A stretch of DNA of 64,000 nt from Zootoca vivipara. Lineage: Eukaryota. The translations under genes and the position numbers were made by a program. The notes below the pieces were generated by a model. The model did not search any database. It was not told the DNA's origin and worked only from the letters and a program-made list of their open reading frames with translations. Below, one piece after another: positions 38,118-50,586 of the stretch (its first letter is position 1; each line of letters starts with the position of its first letter). The stretch spans positions 68,758,001-68,822,000 of the forward strand of contig NC_083282.1 in NCBI RefSeq assembly GCF_963506605.1. Reading direction: 5' to 3'.

Positions 38118-39023
38118 CAGGGGTTCCCAACAAAATTTTCTCGAGGACCCCTCATCGAGCCGCTATTGTGACAAGGACCCCCATTAATTCCTAATCCTAA
38201 AATTAAAAAGTGAGAGCTAAATTAAGAGTCTTTTTATACTTTATATTTTTACGTTTTTTACAGTTACAACAGAGTACTCCATCAGTATACAGTTAGTTTT
38301 AATTTTCAGTTCTTAATGAGATGAACCACTTTTTACCCAACGGTCCATTTTTAACTACCGTGTTTCTCATATTATAAGACATGTCTTATATTTATTTTTT
38401 CCTCAAAAACACACACTATGGCTTATTTTCAAGGGATGTCTTATTTTTTTCCTTCTCCTCCTGCCGCGGCCGGCAGTGCTGCTGCGCCTATCACTATGTC
38501 TTATTTTCGGGGTATGTCTTATATTCCTTGAATGCTTAAAAATCCTGCTATGGCTTATTTTATGGGTATGTCTTAAAATATGAGAAACAGGGTACGCGAA
38601 CTGTAGCTTCCGCGAAAAACAACGCTTTGTTTACAAACACTACTGTTTTGCAAAGAGGCAGCGCGCACCAGGGAGGAGGGAGGGGAATGGAGAAGACAGG
38701 GTACCTGTGCAGTAGCGCACACATGAAGCCGACGCGCGCAAAGCATCTTGGGGAAGTGAGCGTTAGTAGAATGTGTGCGCTGCCTCTTTGCAAAACAGTA
38801 GTGTTCGTAAAGTGCCACCTAACGGCATACAGCAGAACTACTGCCTCTATCTAATTCTAGTTTTGCGCTAAACTCTGCTCATGCAGGAAGCGGCCAAAAC
38901 AAAAAATCTGTTATCATACAAAATATATTTAATATATTTTTTATTCTAATAGCATCTTGCGGACCCCTCTGGCATAGCTCGCGGACCCCTGGGGGTCCCC
39001 GGACCACCTGTTGGGAACCACTG
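38118..39023. mobile_element. hAT non-autonomous element with nested MITE and internal inverted repeat
   Basis: TIRs CAGGGGTTCCCAACA / TGTTGGGAACCACTG; GGACCCC subterminal repeats; ATGTATAT flanks (offset by 2 nt on the right). Confidence 0.75.
38358..38592. mobile_element. TA-targeting MITE (second copy at 60340-60573)
   Basis: TA|CCGTGTTTCTCATATTATAAGAC ... GTCTTAAAATATGAGAAACAGGG|TA; repeated ATGKCTTATTTT motifs. Confidence 0.8.
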
Positions 39024-40113
39024 AAATGTATATAATTGTACCTCCCTGGGCTATAACTGGGGAGCTGCATGCATAGTCTGGGGAAGGAGACTGGGTCCTA
39101 ATGCTTGATGCTTCCAGCAGCAAAGTCTTTCCTCTTTGCCACCAAAAGGATAGCAAAGGGAAGTACCGGTAGGGATTTGGAGTTGACTGAAGAGAGAAAA
39201 GAGGGGACGCACACAAAGGAATCATAAGCTCTTTGTTTCCTTTCCCTTCCCTGCAATTCAGCTCACACCATGTGAATTATTCATAGATTCCTATTTGTGT
39301 ATAAAGCCATACATGTCAATGGGGCATTATGCTAGAGTGCTCAGCCTCCAAATTGAAAATTCCTATTAGTGAGAGAGACCCCCTAGTTCACTAAGTGAGG
39401 GGAAAATAACCAAGATACTAACAGGCTCTTCACACAAAAAGTACATATTGAGTGCAAACACAAAGAGGTGGGTGTTAAAGAGTGACAGTGGCAGGATCCT
39501 CCCTGACCCCCATGCATTCTGCTGCTGCTGTTGAAGCACAAAGCTTCTGTCTGGGGTGGGGTGGGGTGGGGGGAACGGGAACGTGGCAACTCTGTAGGAG
39601 ACCGGAGTTTCCACATAGATGCAAAGCTGGAAATTTCTGAATTACAGGAAACTGCTGAGCTGTTGTTGTTTTTCCCGTTTTTCCCTCATTCTTCTTATAA
39701 ACTACATAATTAAGTTAGCTGGCATTTCTAGTAGGGAAATGTTTTTGTTCATAAGGTGAGAGCAGCACATCATTAATACAGTACAGCAAATTCTAAAAGG
39801 TTCTTGATCATAAAGCATGCTTCCTATAGCTAAGGATTTCCAGGAAGAAGAAACCACCGCTGACATCAGCTAGGCAAATGTTTGAATTATTAATTTTATT
39901 ACCAGCCTGAAAGTGTTGGTTCCTTATTGATTCAAAGGTGATAACTGTAAAACACTAAGGTCTGCTTATCAAATTGTGAGGCATTTATTAAAGTAAACTT
40001 GAAAATAGGAATAGTTGATTTCTTGAACTTTGAAACTAAAAAACTCTGTTTTACATGAGACCTTCTAGTCCCACATCTAAGATTCTGATATTCAACCCTA
40101 TCAGATGGATGGG

Positions 40114-40115
<2 letters not shown>

Positions 40116-40158
<43 letters not shown>
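40116..40158. repeat. (ATT)n microsatellite
   Basis: About 14 perfect ATT units. Confidence 0.95.
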
Positions 40159-40159
<1 letters not shown>

Positions 40160-41046
40160 ACAACTTCAGTCAAGTCTGGCAGGTACTCTCCAAATCTTAG
40201 TGGAAGTGTCCAGAACTATATGCTGAAATGTATTGACACATGGGGTTTGCGGAAGCGGTTTATAATTATGCCATTTTGGAAACTCTTTGTGGGGTTATTA
40301 GATATCAGTTTGTGCATGAAGAGATATTTCAGTTATGTGGGGTTTTAACCTAATGTGAGTAATTTGTTTCACAGTTTCATTTATTTATGTATATGTAGCT
40401 GTTTTCCAACTTCAATTTGCACTAGTTAATTAGCTGTGTTTTTATTGTGGGCTGAGTATAAATAATAAATAATAATAATAATTGCACAGTTTTCCTGTAT
40501 ATACAGATGTTATACTAAATATTTTATAGTTAGATCTAATCCAAGAAAATTGAGAAAAAACAATTTTGTTTTAATGAAAAAGAACATAAATACAGTACGA
40601 GAAAGCGATGGTGGGAATATGTGAGGCAGGGCAAATTGGGCAGCTCACACTGGAAGTTGGTACTAAAATCAGCTGAGACCATGTCAATGGTTTTCCTGTC
40701 TGTGTGGAGAATCAGTTAACAAAGTCTATTTGAAAGGGGTGAGGGATGTATCAGTGGTGGTTGTTTTTGTTGAACATTTATTTCTCTTTGTAACCATATA
40801 AATGAATGTTTGATTCAGCTCTGTCAGTGAAAGTAAATGGATGTGCTCCTGTGCAAGATGAAGACACAACCTTATTCCCAAGCCACTGACTGCTTGCATC
40901 TATTTGCTAATGAGTTGGGGTGGAGGAGAAGAGAAATACATATTTTGGCTCCTTCATTACAAATGATCACAGCAGGCATTTCACCAGTATTTGTTTTGTT
41001 GTAGTTTGCTTTAAGAAACGTTGGTCTGTCCATCAAATATAAAATA

Positions 41047-41200
41047 ATAGAATTGTAGAGTTGGAAGGGACCCTGAGGAATAGCTAGCTCAACCCCCTGC
41101 AGTGCAGGAATCTCAACTAGATCATATATGAAGGCCATCCAACCTCTGTTTAAAATATTCCAAAGAAGGAGAGTCCACAACCTCTTGTGGGAGTCTACCT
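41047..41200 (-). mobile_element. CR1 3' fragment
   Basis: ATAGAATTGTAGAGTTGGAAGGGACC ... GGAGAGTCCACAACC, homologous to 56667-56810. Confidence 0.7.
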
Positions 41201-41368
41201 AGATGTCCTATTAGTGTAGTTGGCTACTATATTAATGTATATGGCAACTGAGCTTAATTTTATATTTTTATTTTTTTCAATTGAACTCAATTGTAGTCTC
41301 TCTATCTCAAGAGTAAAGTTTTGGGTTTTTTCCCTTTTTTTCTTCATTCAGGTTCATGTACCTGTGGT

Positions 41369-41438
41369 ATGGCTGGCAATGGGTCAAATTCAGAGCCTGT
41401 CAGTGGACTAACTATGAAATCACAGCTTCAGATCACTG
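41369..41438 (+). CDS. ITCH: ITCH first coding exon (MAGNGSNSEPVSGLTMKSQLQIT)
   Basis: Acceptor cattcag| with exon start 41352; strong-context ATG (ggtATGg); LTMKSQLQIT matches the start of the ITCH C2 domain; donor |gtaagt; 70 coding nt. Confidence 0.93.
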
Positions 41439-43049
41439 GTAAGTGTCTCAAACAGGCCTGCTTTCTGACTGTAGATCCTTTGCTTTTAAGGATAACTGAA
41501 GGAACCACAGACTCCTATGTGGCCTTTTCCCACATTTTTATGGGAATATCTACAACAAATCCTATTGGAAGGCATATGAAGATCCCTCATGTCAAGTCAA
41601 GCCATTTGCCCATCTAACTGTAACTGCCCCACAGTCCTTAACATTGTCAGAACGTCTTTCCCGGCCTTATCTAATACTTCTTTTGACTGGAGATGCTGAG
41701 GATTGAACATGCTCTGTCACTATTTTCCTGTCCACTACCATGTTCACATTGCTCCTTCTCTTTGTGGATTCAGAGGTGTTTTCATGGAATTTTGTGCCAA
41801 AAGCCCTCAAATATTTTTTCTATTCTAGCTAGTGTTGTTGGTTTATCATTCTGCTTTGTTATTTCAGTGTCGTTTAAGCAGGTTTCTACAGACCTTTTAC
41901 AAATTGGTTGTAATCCATTACAACTAGTGCATAGTGAGGAGCTTGTAGCCAGGGCTGCTGCAACAAACAGCCCCTCCCAAGCCTTTGTGAGGCAGAGATT
42001 GCAAGAGGGCAGCAGAGGAGGGAGGTAAGGAAAGAGGGATAGAGTCCAGTGTTGCCTGTGGCACTCCTGACAATCATTCAAGGCATCCCAGGGTGCCACG
42101 GCACACAGGTTGAAAACCACTGGCCTAGGGAATAACCTTTTAGGGAAAGAATGCACATTGCCTCCTTTTTTGATTCATTAATATGTATTTGAAGGTATTA
42201 ATAGATATCAAGTAGCAGATAAGCAATACATTTGTATATACAGTACCAGTGGTCTTTGAAGGAAACTTTATTTTGGCTCATCTGCACTATGGCAGTTAAG
42301 GCCAAAAATATGGTATATGAATGAGTGGTCAGTATAGACTCCTAGCTTGAAGAACCAGATGATAGGTGAGTTTTTTATTTTTAAGGCACTGGGGGCGGTG
42401 TCGCAATTTACTTTTAAGTCCGTTTTAAAATCTGTTTAATCTAGCATAACTGTGTTGTAAGTAGTTAACATAGAATCTACTTCCTCCAAAGTATGTTAGA
42501 CTTTAGCGTCTTCACCTTGTATATAACACCCATGAGTGTTACTTTAGAAAAAATGTCCTAGTGTGGCGTCACTTGAGTCAAGAAAAATGGAGTGTTACCA
42601 AGGAAAGCTTGCAATGACCCAGGCACTAGTGCATCTACTGTAAAGACGGGAAGAGGACTGTGTAGGTCTGCAGCATTGTCAGTCAAGATAACGACATCAT
42701 AAGAGACATTGGAGAGATTGGATATGGAGAGATCTCAGCCAGGAAATGGGGAGGTTGGGGGGAAGGGGTTTAAGCAACTTCTGCTGTCTATTAAGAGGCA
42801 GGCAGACTGGCCCAGGAGGCATCAGATAAGCTTGCCTTCATGATCATAAATAATACGTAGAGAATTCCACTTATCTCCAAGCAACAGATGACACGTTCCA
42901 TGACTGACCACTCACACAAGTGATAAGCCATATAGCCAAGTAGTTGCCACTTCTTAGCTACTTCCACATACACAGTGTGTATTTGTTTGTTTGTTTGCTT
43001 GCTTGTTTATTTGTTTACATGGAATTATCTGTTTACATGGCCCTTAACA

Positions 43050-43640
43050 AAGAACAGGTTTGCCTTCCCCCTACCTCAAGAGGTTTATAGGGAAACAGAG
43101 GAAGGGAAGGGATCTGATGGCAGGGATGCACTTAAGTCGCAGGATATTGAGAACAGAGGGTTGTTTCAAAGGCTTCGTGGAAAATGTGTGGAAGGGCTTG
43201 AAGCAAGTGGTCATAGGTCACATGGAGAGATGTTCTGGAAGGCCATTCCAATCATAAGGGAAAGCAAGGGAGAAAGAGTGGGTTTGTTTCAAGTAGCAGG
43301 AGATCTCTTCAAATAATTGAGTAGAGTGGACCTGGGCAAGTGAAAATCACAGGAAGCGGTGCGTTGGGATAGAACAACAGTGGGGAAAATGGGGGTGGGG
43401 GGAGAAACATGGAGGGTTTTGAAGATAAGGGCGAGAAGCTTATGTAACATCCTGGTGCAGGCAAAAAACCAATTCAGGGATTTAAAGAAGGGCTTGAAGT
43501 GCGTCAGACTGACAAGATATATGAGTAATTTTGGCAGTAAAAGTGCTAGGTAAATGTGAACAGTTGATGGTGAGGCAAGACCAGAAAGAAATAAGCCACT
43601 TGCAATGGTGTGAGCAGAAATAAAATATATCTTTGCTGAG
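43050..43640 (-). mobile_element. Old L2 fragment
   Basis: Minus frame remnant SHxxPxxKSLxW...KLLxLIFKTLH, typical of the L2 ORF2 C-terminus. Confidence 0.5.
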
Positions 43641-44075
43641 TGGTACAATTTCTAAAGAGAAATATTTTTATTTGCTTGATGTTAATTTTGTTGAGCCAGG
43701 CTCACTTTCTCATTACTTAACTCACACACTGAAGAACACACTTCAGCATTCTAAATAAAGCACAGTTGTTTAAAACTGACTACTTATTTCACTTTCATAA
43801 CTGCAGTGAGAGACTCAACACTTCTGGTGCTAAATTTGACTAGTGTAGCTATATAAATACCACCAAGACAACAAGAAGACATGCAAAATTAATTGGTCCA
43901 CTTTTTTAAATGCTACATGCTGCAGCCAATAGTGGTAACATAAAATATTTGTTGTGGTTGGTATGGTACAGCATAAGAATATGTGTGAGTGCAAATGGAG
44001 CACACAGAACTAAGACTTTTGCATACATCTTTACATCTAAAAATGTTTGTTTACTTTAAAAAGTGTCATGTAATT

Positions 44076-44385
44076 TTTTAAAATAATTTTTATTAGATTT
44101 TTATACAAACAAGACAAACAAACAAATCATACAATATAAAATCTGTCCCCTCAATTACCCTCCACCCGCGGGTCCACTTCTGCCACCAGTAGTACCCGCG
44201 GCCGTTGAGAATCAAAGGGGTCCAGTATAAGGCTGGGTTTGACCTCCCCCTTCCCCCCTCCCCCCTCATCCCCTCCCTGCCACTGAAAGGACAGGGATGG
44301 AGGGGCTCTGGGGATTGTTTGGTTTCCCCTCAGCTGCTCCTTTAACACAAGCCTTAAACAAAACATAAACACAATACCTGTATAA

Positions 44386-44422
<37 letters not shown>
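44076..44422 (-). mobile_element. 5'-truncated non-LTR retroposon 3'UTR (L1/Tx1-like) with a (TTG)n tract
   Basis: Perfect 16-bp TSD AAAGTGTCATGTAATT (44060-44075, 44423-44438); minus-strand AATAAA and A-rich tail. Confidence 0.75.

Positions 44423-44424
<2 letters not shown>
44387..44424. repeat. (AAC)n microsatellite
   Basis: About 12 perfect AAC units; source of the poly-Cys in the spurious ORF 44151..44567. Confidence 0.95.
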
Positions 44425-44716
44425 AGTGTCATGTAATTAATTAGCAAAAGGTGGGCATACCAGCAACAAGAGCTAAATGGATCAGAATTGGGGTGGTGAA
44501 TGTAGTTTTGGAAAGGTTTAAGAAAATTAAATGGCTTGATATAGTGATGGCTTGACAAATGTTTCATCTTAGGTTTTAAATTGACTGAATGGAAGATGAA
44601 ATCTTTGGTCCAGTGTAAATATTACATCCAAATGAAAGGACTTTGTGTCATGGTGTCTTTTCTGTCAATGTAAAAGAGTTGTAATTTGGCTGTGGTTCCA
44701 TAATCTACTTTGCTAG

Positions 44717-44920
<204 letters not shown>

Positions 44921-46039
44921 TAGGTTTGGAAATGTTCCTTATTTTGTTATAAGAAACAAATGCAGTTGCCTTATACTGTGGGATGGATATTGACAAGAGG
45001 AAAATGCAGGTCTTATCAGGGGGTGTGTTCATAGGAAACAGTATTCTGTTCTGAGCCATTCCCAATATCTGTAATTGGAGAACTCCAAATCTTTTCCCCC
45101 AGTTTTAATTCATTCACCTGATTTGTATAATATCTAAGTGCACACGATCATAGTGTGACCTTATAACCCTCGGCAGCTTCACCCTAGTCCTTTTAATTAT
45201 CCCAGTGACTTGAAATGTCTTATACTGTGATGCCAGTAAAGGTATTTGATTTGATTTAACTGGTTTAAGTGTTTTAGTTTTTTTGTTTTTGTTTTTAATT
45301 AGGCACGGAGGCAGACCAGTAGCTCTGCAAACTAGGTTATATGGGTTTCAGCCCCTTACACTGTGTAAGGTGTGGCACTAGGTGGGTTCCCTGAGCTTCA
45401 TGAATAGGGGGAGTACAGGGAGTTTTTCCATAGAAGGGAAGCCCAGAACATCCCAATGTACATAGGTGAGCAACTTTAAACATCTTTGTATCTGAACCAA
45501 GGTGTACAAGGAATGAGGAGGGAACTAAAGAAGCATACAGTTGCTAGAAGAAAGGATATTTTCCCCTAAAACTTAGTGAAATGTGTAAATATTGTTCTTT
45601 CTTCTAAGACTTCAAAGCCTGCATGTAAAAATCTGCCTGTTAAGATTTACTGTGAAATAAGTACACTTAGCGTGTATATATATATTATTGTGCACATGGT
45701 TCCTCATTTATGTGCTACTGAAATAAACATATATTTGCAGGATTAATTTTTGTCATAAAAAGCCACATTTTTCTATAAATGTTACTACTGTTTGGAATAT
45801 GATAGCTCTTGGAAGTTCAGTTGATTTGTGCATTTATTTATTTATTGGGGGTGTCAATTTTGTAACTGTAAGTGACAGGTAAGAGCTGTTTGACAGTGGA
45901 ACAGACTCCCATGAAAGGTGGTGGACTCTTCTGCCTTGGAGATTTTAAGCAGAGGTTAGGCAGCCATCTGTCATGTATAATCTAGTTGATATTCTGTTGG
46001 AAGGGACCATGAAGGATCATCTAGTCCCACCCCCTACAG

Positions 46040-46270
46040 CAGGAGCCAGCAATCTTTTTAGCAGGGGGCCAGTCCAATGTCCCTCAGACCTTGTGGGGGG
46101 CCGGATTATATTGGGGGGGGGATGAACGAATTCCTATGTCCCACAAATAACCCAGAGATGCATTTTAAATAAAAGGTTACATTCTACTCATGTAAAAACA
46201 TGCTGATTCCCGGACCGTCCACGGGCTGGATTAAGAAGGTGATTGAGCCGGATCCAGCCCCGTACCCATG
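46040..46270. mobile_element. hAT MITE (family of 1240-1554, opposite orientation) nested in CR1/SINE 3' fragments (~45870-46400)
   Basis: Perfect 8-bp TSD CCCTACAG; reverse complement of the 1240-1554 body. Confidence 0.8.
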
Positions 46271-46347
46271 CCCTACAGTGTAGGAATCTTTGCCCAACAA
46301 GGGGCTCAAATTCATGACCCTGAAATCATTGCAGGGTGTTAGACTAG

Positions 46348-46623
<276 letters not shown>

Positions 46624-47444
46624 TGATGTAAACTTTTTTTGGGGTGTGTGGGCAAATGTTAATATGAAAGATCTTAAGAAGTGTGATGCCCACCCCTGCA
46701 GTCTTTCATAGGGTCCTAGGAACCAGAAATCTTTCCATGAAGTCCCCACTAAAATTTGGTTCATTTGGAACATGTTTAGGTCTGACATATATGGTCCCTT
46801 TTATGAATGGGGTTCTACAACAGTAGGCACAGAGAATATGTAACTATGCTTAAACTCTTATTATTAATTGTACGGTTATGAGGGCTCTTTTGTTTGATGT
46901 TAAAGATATTCATGGATGAGTTTTGCTTCTGCCGATTATTGAGAGAAGGGTGGCACAACCTGGGAATGACATAAAAATAAATGAGAATTATACATTGTTC
47001 TGCTAGGGACATTTAGGGAAATCAGAACAATATACCATATAACATTAATTCATTGCTAAGAATCTGATGGTACCTGTTCTGTGGTTATTGCTGTGGACTT
47101 TACTCACAAGAGCAAATGCTCTAGATGGATTCTGCTCAGTGCAGGTGTTGAATATGGACTGTAATCTTTGATTGCATGGGCTGAGCATGGATGTCAAATT
47201 TAAAACAAGGAGTTAAAGCTGTAGAATCCTATTTTTCAGGAAGGGAATTACCCCCATTTAGTAAAGTTTTCTGAGGCTCACCATGTGCAGTGATCACTGA
47301 ATGTGTAAGGTGAAATGGAACTGTGGTCATTTCTTAAATGCTTTCCTCAGCTTTTTCATAAAATTGTATAAACCTTAATCAAGTTCACTGCAATAAAAAT
47401 ACAAGGCAGTTAAGAACATTGATTTTTCTGTATATTTTCAATAG

Positions 47445-47582
47445 TTGAACAAGTGGTGGTGAATATGATGCTTATTGGTGACAAAGAATCAACAGACGGG
47501 ATTGGAGAGTTGTCTGTCTGTTTAGATGGCATGCAGGTAGATCCTGAGCTGCTGAGTAATGGTGATGCTCCAAGTAGAAGAA
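47445..47582 (+). CDS. ITCH: ITCH exon, end of C2 (LEQVVVNMMLIGDKESTDGIGELSVCLDGMQVDPELLSNGDAPSRR)
   Basis: caatag| ... |gtgagt; 138 nt; motif IGELSVCLDG. Confidence 0.95.
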
Positions 47583-48261
47583 GTGAGTAATATTTACCCT
47601 CTATGTGTGCACACTGCTGTTGCATCATATAACTAGTTGTTTATATTAAATAACATTTGCTTTTGTTGGTAGCATTTGGCTTTTCTTGAAGAATGCATTG
47701 AACCCTGATAAGGACTGTAAGCCAAAGTGCTTTAGGTTACAAACCTATATACATGCATTTTGAGAGTACTGAAGACAGTGACTTGGCTTGCACATAACAC
47801 TTAAGCCAAATCATGGCTAAGCATGAATGAGCACACATACTGGTAGCCACAGTAAAAATTGCATCTACTTTGCTGCTCCCCTGGTGTTTCTCCTGCCACA
47901 CTACCTGGGGCTAAGCCACAGTTTAGCTTCGTGTTATGTCTGAAGCAGGGGGCATGGTTTGCCTCAATCCAGACAAGGTTTATTCTTGGTTAACTGCTTG
48001 TGGTCTGTCTGTGGCAGGCAAATTACTGAGAGAGCCAGTAATTCCCAATCTACCTTCTGCTCACTCCAGCTCTAAAGTACCAAAAACTTTATCCATACTC
48101 TGTATTGGGGCTGTTGTGGGAACTCTGATCTCTTGCAATAATTAAAGGTAAATAGCATATATTTTGACCAATAGTGAAAATCGTGCTTATTGCTTATGTC
48201 TCTTTATAAGACAACACAAATGTTAAAATAAGTTTCCATTTCCTTATTTTTAATATTAAAG

Positions 48262-48304
48262 GTCCCGTGCAGAATAATGGCTCCAGAGCAAAAAATGAAA
48301 CAAG
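48262..48304 (+). CDS. ITCH: ITCH small linker exon (SPVQNNGSRAKNETR)
   Basis: ttaaag| ... |gtaagg; 43 nt. It bridges the phases of the flanking exons and resembles the ITCH QNDDGSRSKDETR segment. Confidence 0.88.
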
Positions 48305-48702
48305 GTAAGGTGGTTTTCCACATCTGCAGTGGAGTTGTGGAATGCTGATAGTTGTGATGTTTAAAGTGCTGAGATCTAGCAGTTTTGTAGATATTTCAGA
48401 GTATTGGAAACTGGTTGGAAGTGGTCATGGGGATACAAGCGTCCTTAGTAGTTTTAGTACAGTGGGACCTTGGTTTAAGAACAGCTTAGTTTATGAACAA
48501 CTTGGATTAAGAACACTGCAAACCCAGAAGTAGCTGTTTTGGTTTGTGAACTTTGCCTTGGAAGCAGAACATGTTCCTCTTCCTGTTGAGTGTGTTCCAT
48601 TTGTAAATTGAGTCCCCCACTGCTATGGGAAAGCATGCCTTGGTTTAAAAATAAAAAAATTCCTTCAGTAGCACCTTAAAGACCAACTAAGTTTTTATTT
48701 TG

Positions 48703-48740
48703 GTATGAGCTTTCGTGTGCATGCACACTTCTTCAGATAC
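48703..48740 (-). ncRNA. Minimal type I hammerhead ribozyme of the Penelope terminal repeat
   Basis: Minus strand GUAU-CUGAAGA-A-GUGUG(CAUG)CACAC-GAAA-GC-UC-AUAC: stem I GUAU/AUAC, core CUGANGA, stem II, GAAA, palindromic stem III AGCU. Predicted cleavage after UC, between 48707 and 48706. Confidence 0.85.
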
Positions 48741-48927
48741 AGTGAAATGGAAGTTTCCAGGCACTTATGTAGAGAAGGGGTGGGGAGGGGTGGGGATGGG
48801 GAGGGGGGATCACTCAGAAGGGTGGTGGAAATGGGTGATTGACTGACTGATAGCTGTTGATGACCGGAAACGACTGCAAATGGTTTTGCATGAAAAAGCA
48901 AGGGTGGAGATGGCTGAAGATCGCTTA

Positions 48928-50586
48928 TCATGTATAATGAGATAAGAACCCGATATCTCTGTTCAAACCAGGTCCCTCCATGGTTTTGAGCTTGGTGATA
49001 AGTTGCAATTCAGCAACTTCTCTTTCCAGTCTATTTCTGAAATTCTTTTGTAGTAAGACAGCTACTTTGAGATCTTGTATAGAATGTCCTGGGAGATTGA
49101 AGTGTTCTCCTACTGGTTTTTCTGTCTTCTGGTTCCTGATGTCAGATTTATGTCCATTTATCCTTTGGCGTAGGGTTTGGCCTGTTTGTCCAATATAGAG
49201 AGCTGAAGGGCACTGTTGGCATTTGATGGCATACACAATGTTAGAGGATGAGCAATTAAATAGTCCTGAGATGGTATGTTGGATGTTGTTGGGGCCAGTA
49301 ATGGTATTGTCTGGGTGTATGTGGCAGCAAAGTTGGCATCTGGGTTTATTGCAGGCTCTGGTACCAGTGTCCATGTTAAGTCTGGTGGTTGTATTATTGT
49401 GGGTGAGGAGTTGTTTAAGATTGGGTGGCTGTCTGTAGGCAATGAAAGGTCTTCCTCCCAGAGCTTGAGAAAGGGAGCTGTCATTGTCCAGGAGAGGCTG
49501 TAGATCTCTGATGATGCGTTGTACTGTTTTAACTTGGGAGCTGTATGTGATGACTAGTGGTGTTCTGTTATTTTCTTTTTTGGGTCTGTCTTGCAGCAGG
49601 TTCTCTCTAGGTATCTGTCTGGCTCTGTTGATCTGTTGTTTAACTTCATCAGGTGGATATTTTAGTTCTAAAAAGGTTTGCTGTAGATCTCTTAGGTGAG
49701 ATTCTCTGTCTGTAGAGTTGGAACAGATGCGGTTGTAACGTAAGGCCTGGCTGTATACGATGGATTGTTTGGTATGTTTGGGATGGTAGCTAGAAGCATG
49801 TAGATATGTTTGTCGGTCAGTTGGTTTTCTGTATAAGGTGGTGTCTATATGTCCATCCTGTATTTTTATAGTAGTGTCCAAAAAATGTATTTCTTGCATA
49901 GATTGGTTCATTGTTAGGTTGATGGTGGGGTGAAAGTCATTGAATGTCTGGTGGAAGGTTTCCAGGGTCTGTTGTCCATGTGTCCAGATAATAAAAATAT
50001 CGTCAATGTATCGCAGGTACAGGAGAGGTTTGAGTGGGTAGGAGTTAAGGAAACGTTGTTCTAAATCTGCCATGAAGATGTTGGCATACTGTGGGGCCAT
50101 GCGGGTGCCCATGGCTGTGCCGCTGATCTGGAGGAACAGGTCATCACCAAATTTGAAGTGGTTGTGGGTAAGGACAAAGTGGCAGAGTTTGGTAGCAAAG
50201 TCCGCTGTGGTTTTATCTGAAATGGTGTTCCTTATGGCTTGTAAACCATCATTGTGTGGGATGTTGGTATATAGAGATTCCACATCCATAGTGGCTAGTA
50301 TAGTATTGTTAGGAAGATTGTTCAAAGATTGTATTTTCCTCAGAAAATCTGTGGTGTCACGTACGTAGCTGGGAGCACTGATAGCATATGGTTTCAGAAC
50401 AGAGTCCATATAGCCGGAAACACCCACTGTAATGGTGCCAATACCTGAGATGATGGGGCGTCCTGGGTTTCCTGGTTTGTGTATTTTGGGTAGAAGATAG
50501 AAAGTTCCTGGCCGAGGTTCCGCTGGTGTGTTTGTGAGGATCTGTTCTTGGGTGTGTAGGGGTAGCTCCTTAATAATCTTGTTCAA
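48928..50586 (-). CDS. Penelope RT/GIY-YIG polyprotein, 552 open codons, N-terminally truncated (the track start is TTG at the truncation junction)
   Basis: RT motifs LLPKIHKPGNPGRPIIS, MDVESLYTNI, GTAMGTRMAP, YLRYIDDIF, HFLDT and LYRKPTD; Cys/His linker; GIY-YIG motif IVYAIKCQQCPSALYIGQTGQTLRQRINGH. Confidence 0.92.
   Translation of the reverse strand: MNKIIKELPLHTQEQILTNTPAEPRPGTFYLLPKIHKPGNPGRPIISGIGTITVGVSGYMDSVLKPYAISAPSYVRDTTDFLRKIQSLNNLPNNTILATMDVESLYTNIPHNDGLQAIRNTISDKTTADFATKLCHFVLTHNHFKFGDDLFLQISGTAMGTRMAPQYANIFMADLEQRFLNSYPLKPLLYLRYIDDIFIIWTHGQQTLETFHQTFNDFHPTINLTMNQSMQEIHFLDTTIKIQDGHIDTTLYRKPTDRQTYLHASSYHPKHTKQSIVYSQALRYNRICSNSTDRESHLRDLQQTFLELKYPPDEVKQQINRARQIPRENLLQDRPKKENNRTPLVITYSSQVKTVQRIIRDLQPLLDNDSSLSQALGGRPFIAYRQPPNLKQLLTHNNTTTRLNMDTGTRACNKPRCQLCCHIHPDNTITGPNNIQHTISGLFNCSSSNIVYAIKCQQCPSALYIGQTGQTLRQRINGHKSDIRNQKTEKPVGEHFNLPGHSIQDLKVAVLLQKNFRNRLEREVAELQLITKLKTMEGPGLNRDIGFLSHYT

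Noticed and set aside
39553-39573. (GGGGT)n G-quadruplex motif
   Set aside because: It is a common simple repeat with no further evidence of function.
44151-44567. Poly-cysteine protein ORF
   Set aside because: It is a translation of the (TTG)n microsatellite inside a retroposed fragment.
48928-50586. 552-aa ORF as a domesticated or host gene
   Set aside because: It begins at a TTG exactly at the truncation/TSD junction, has no promoter or ATG, and is flanked by a perfect TSD. This is best explained as a young retroelement.
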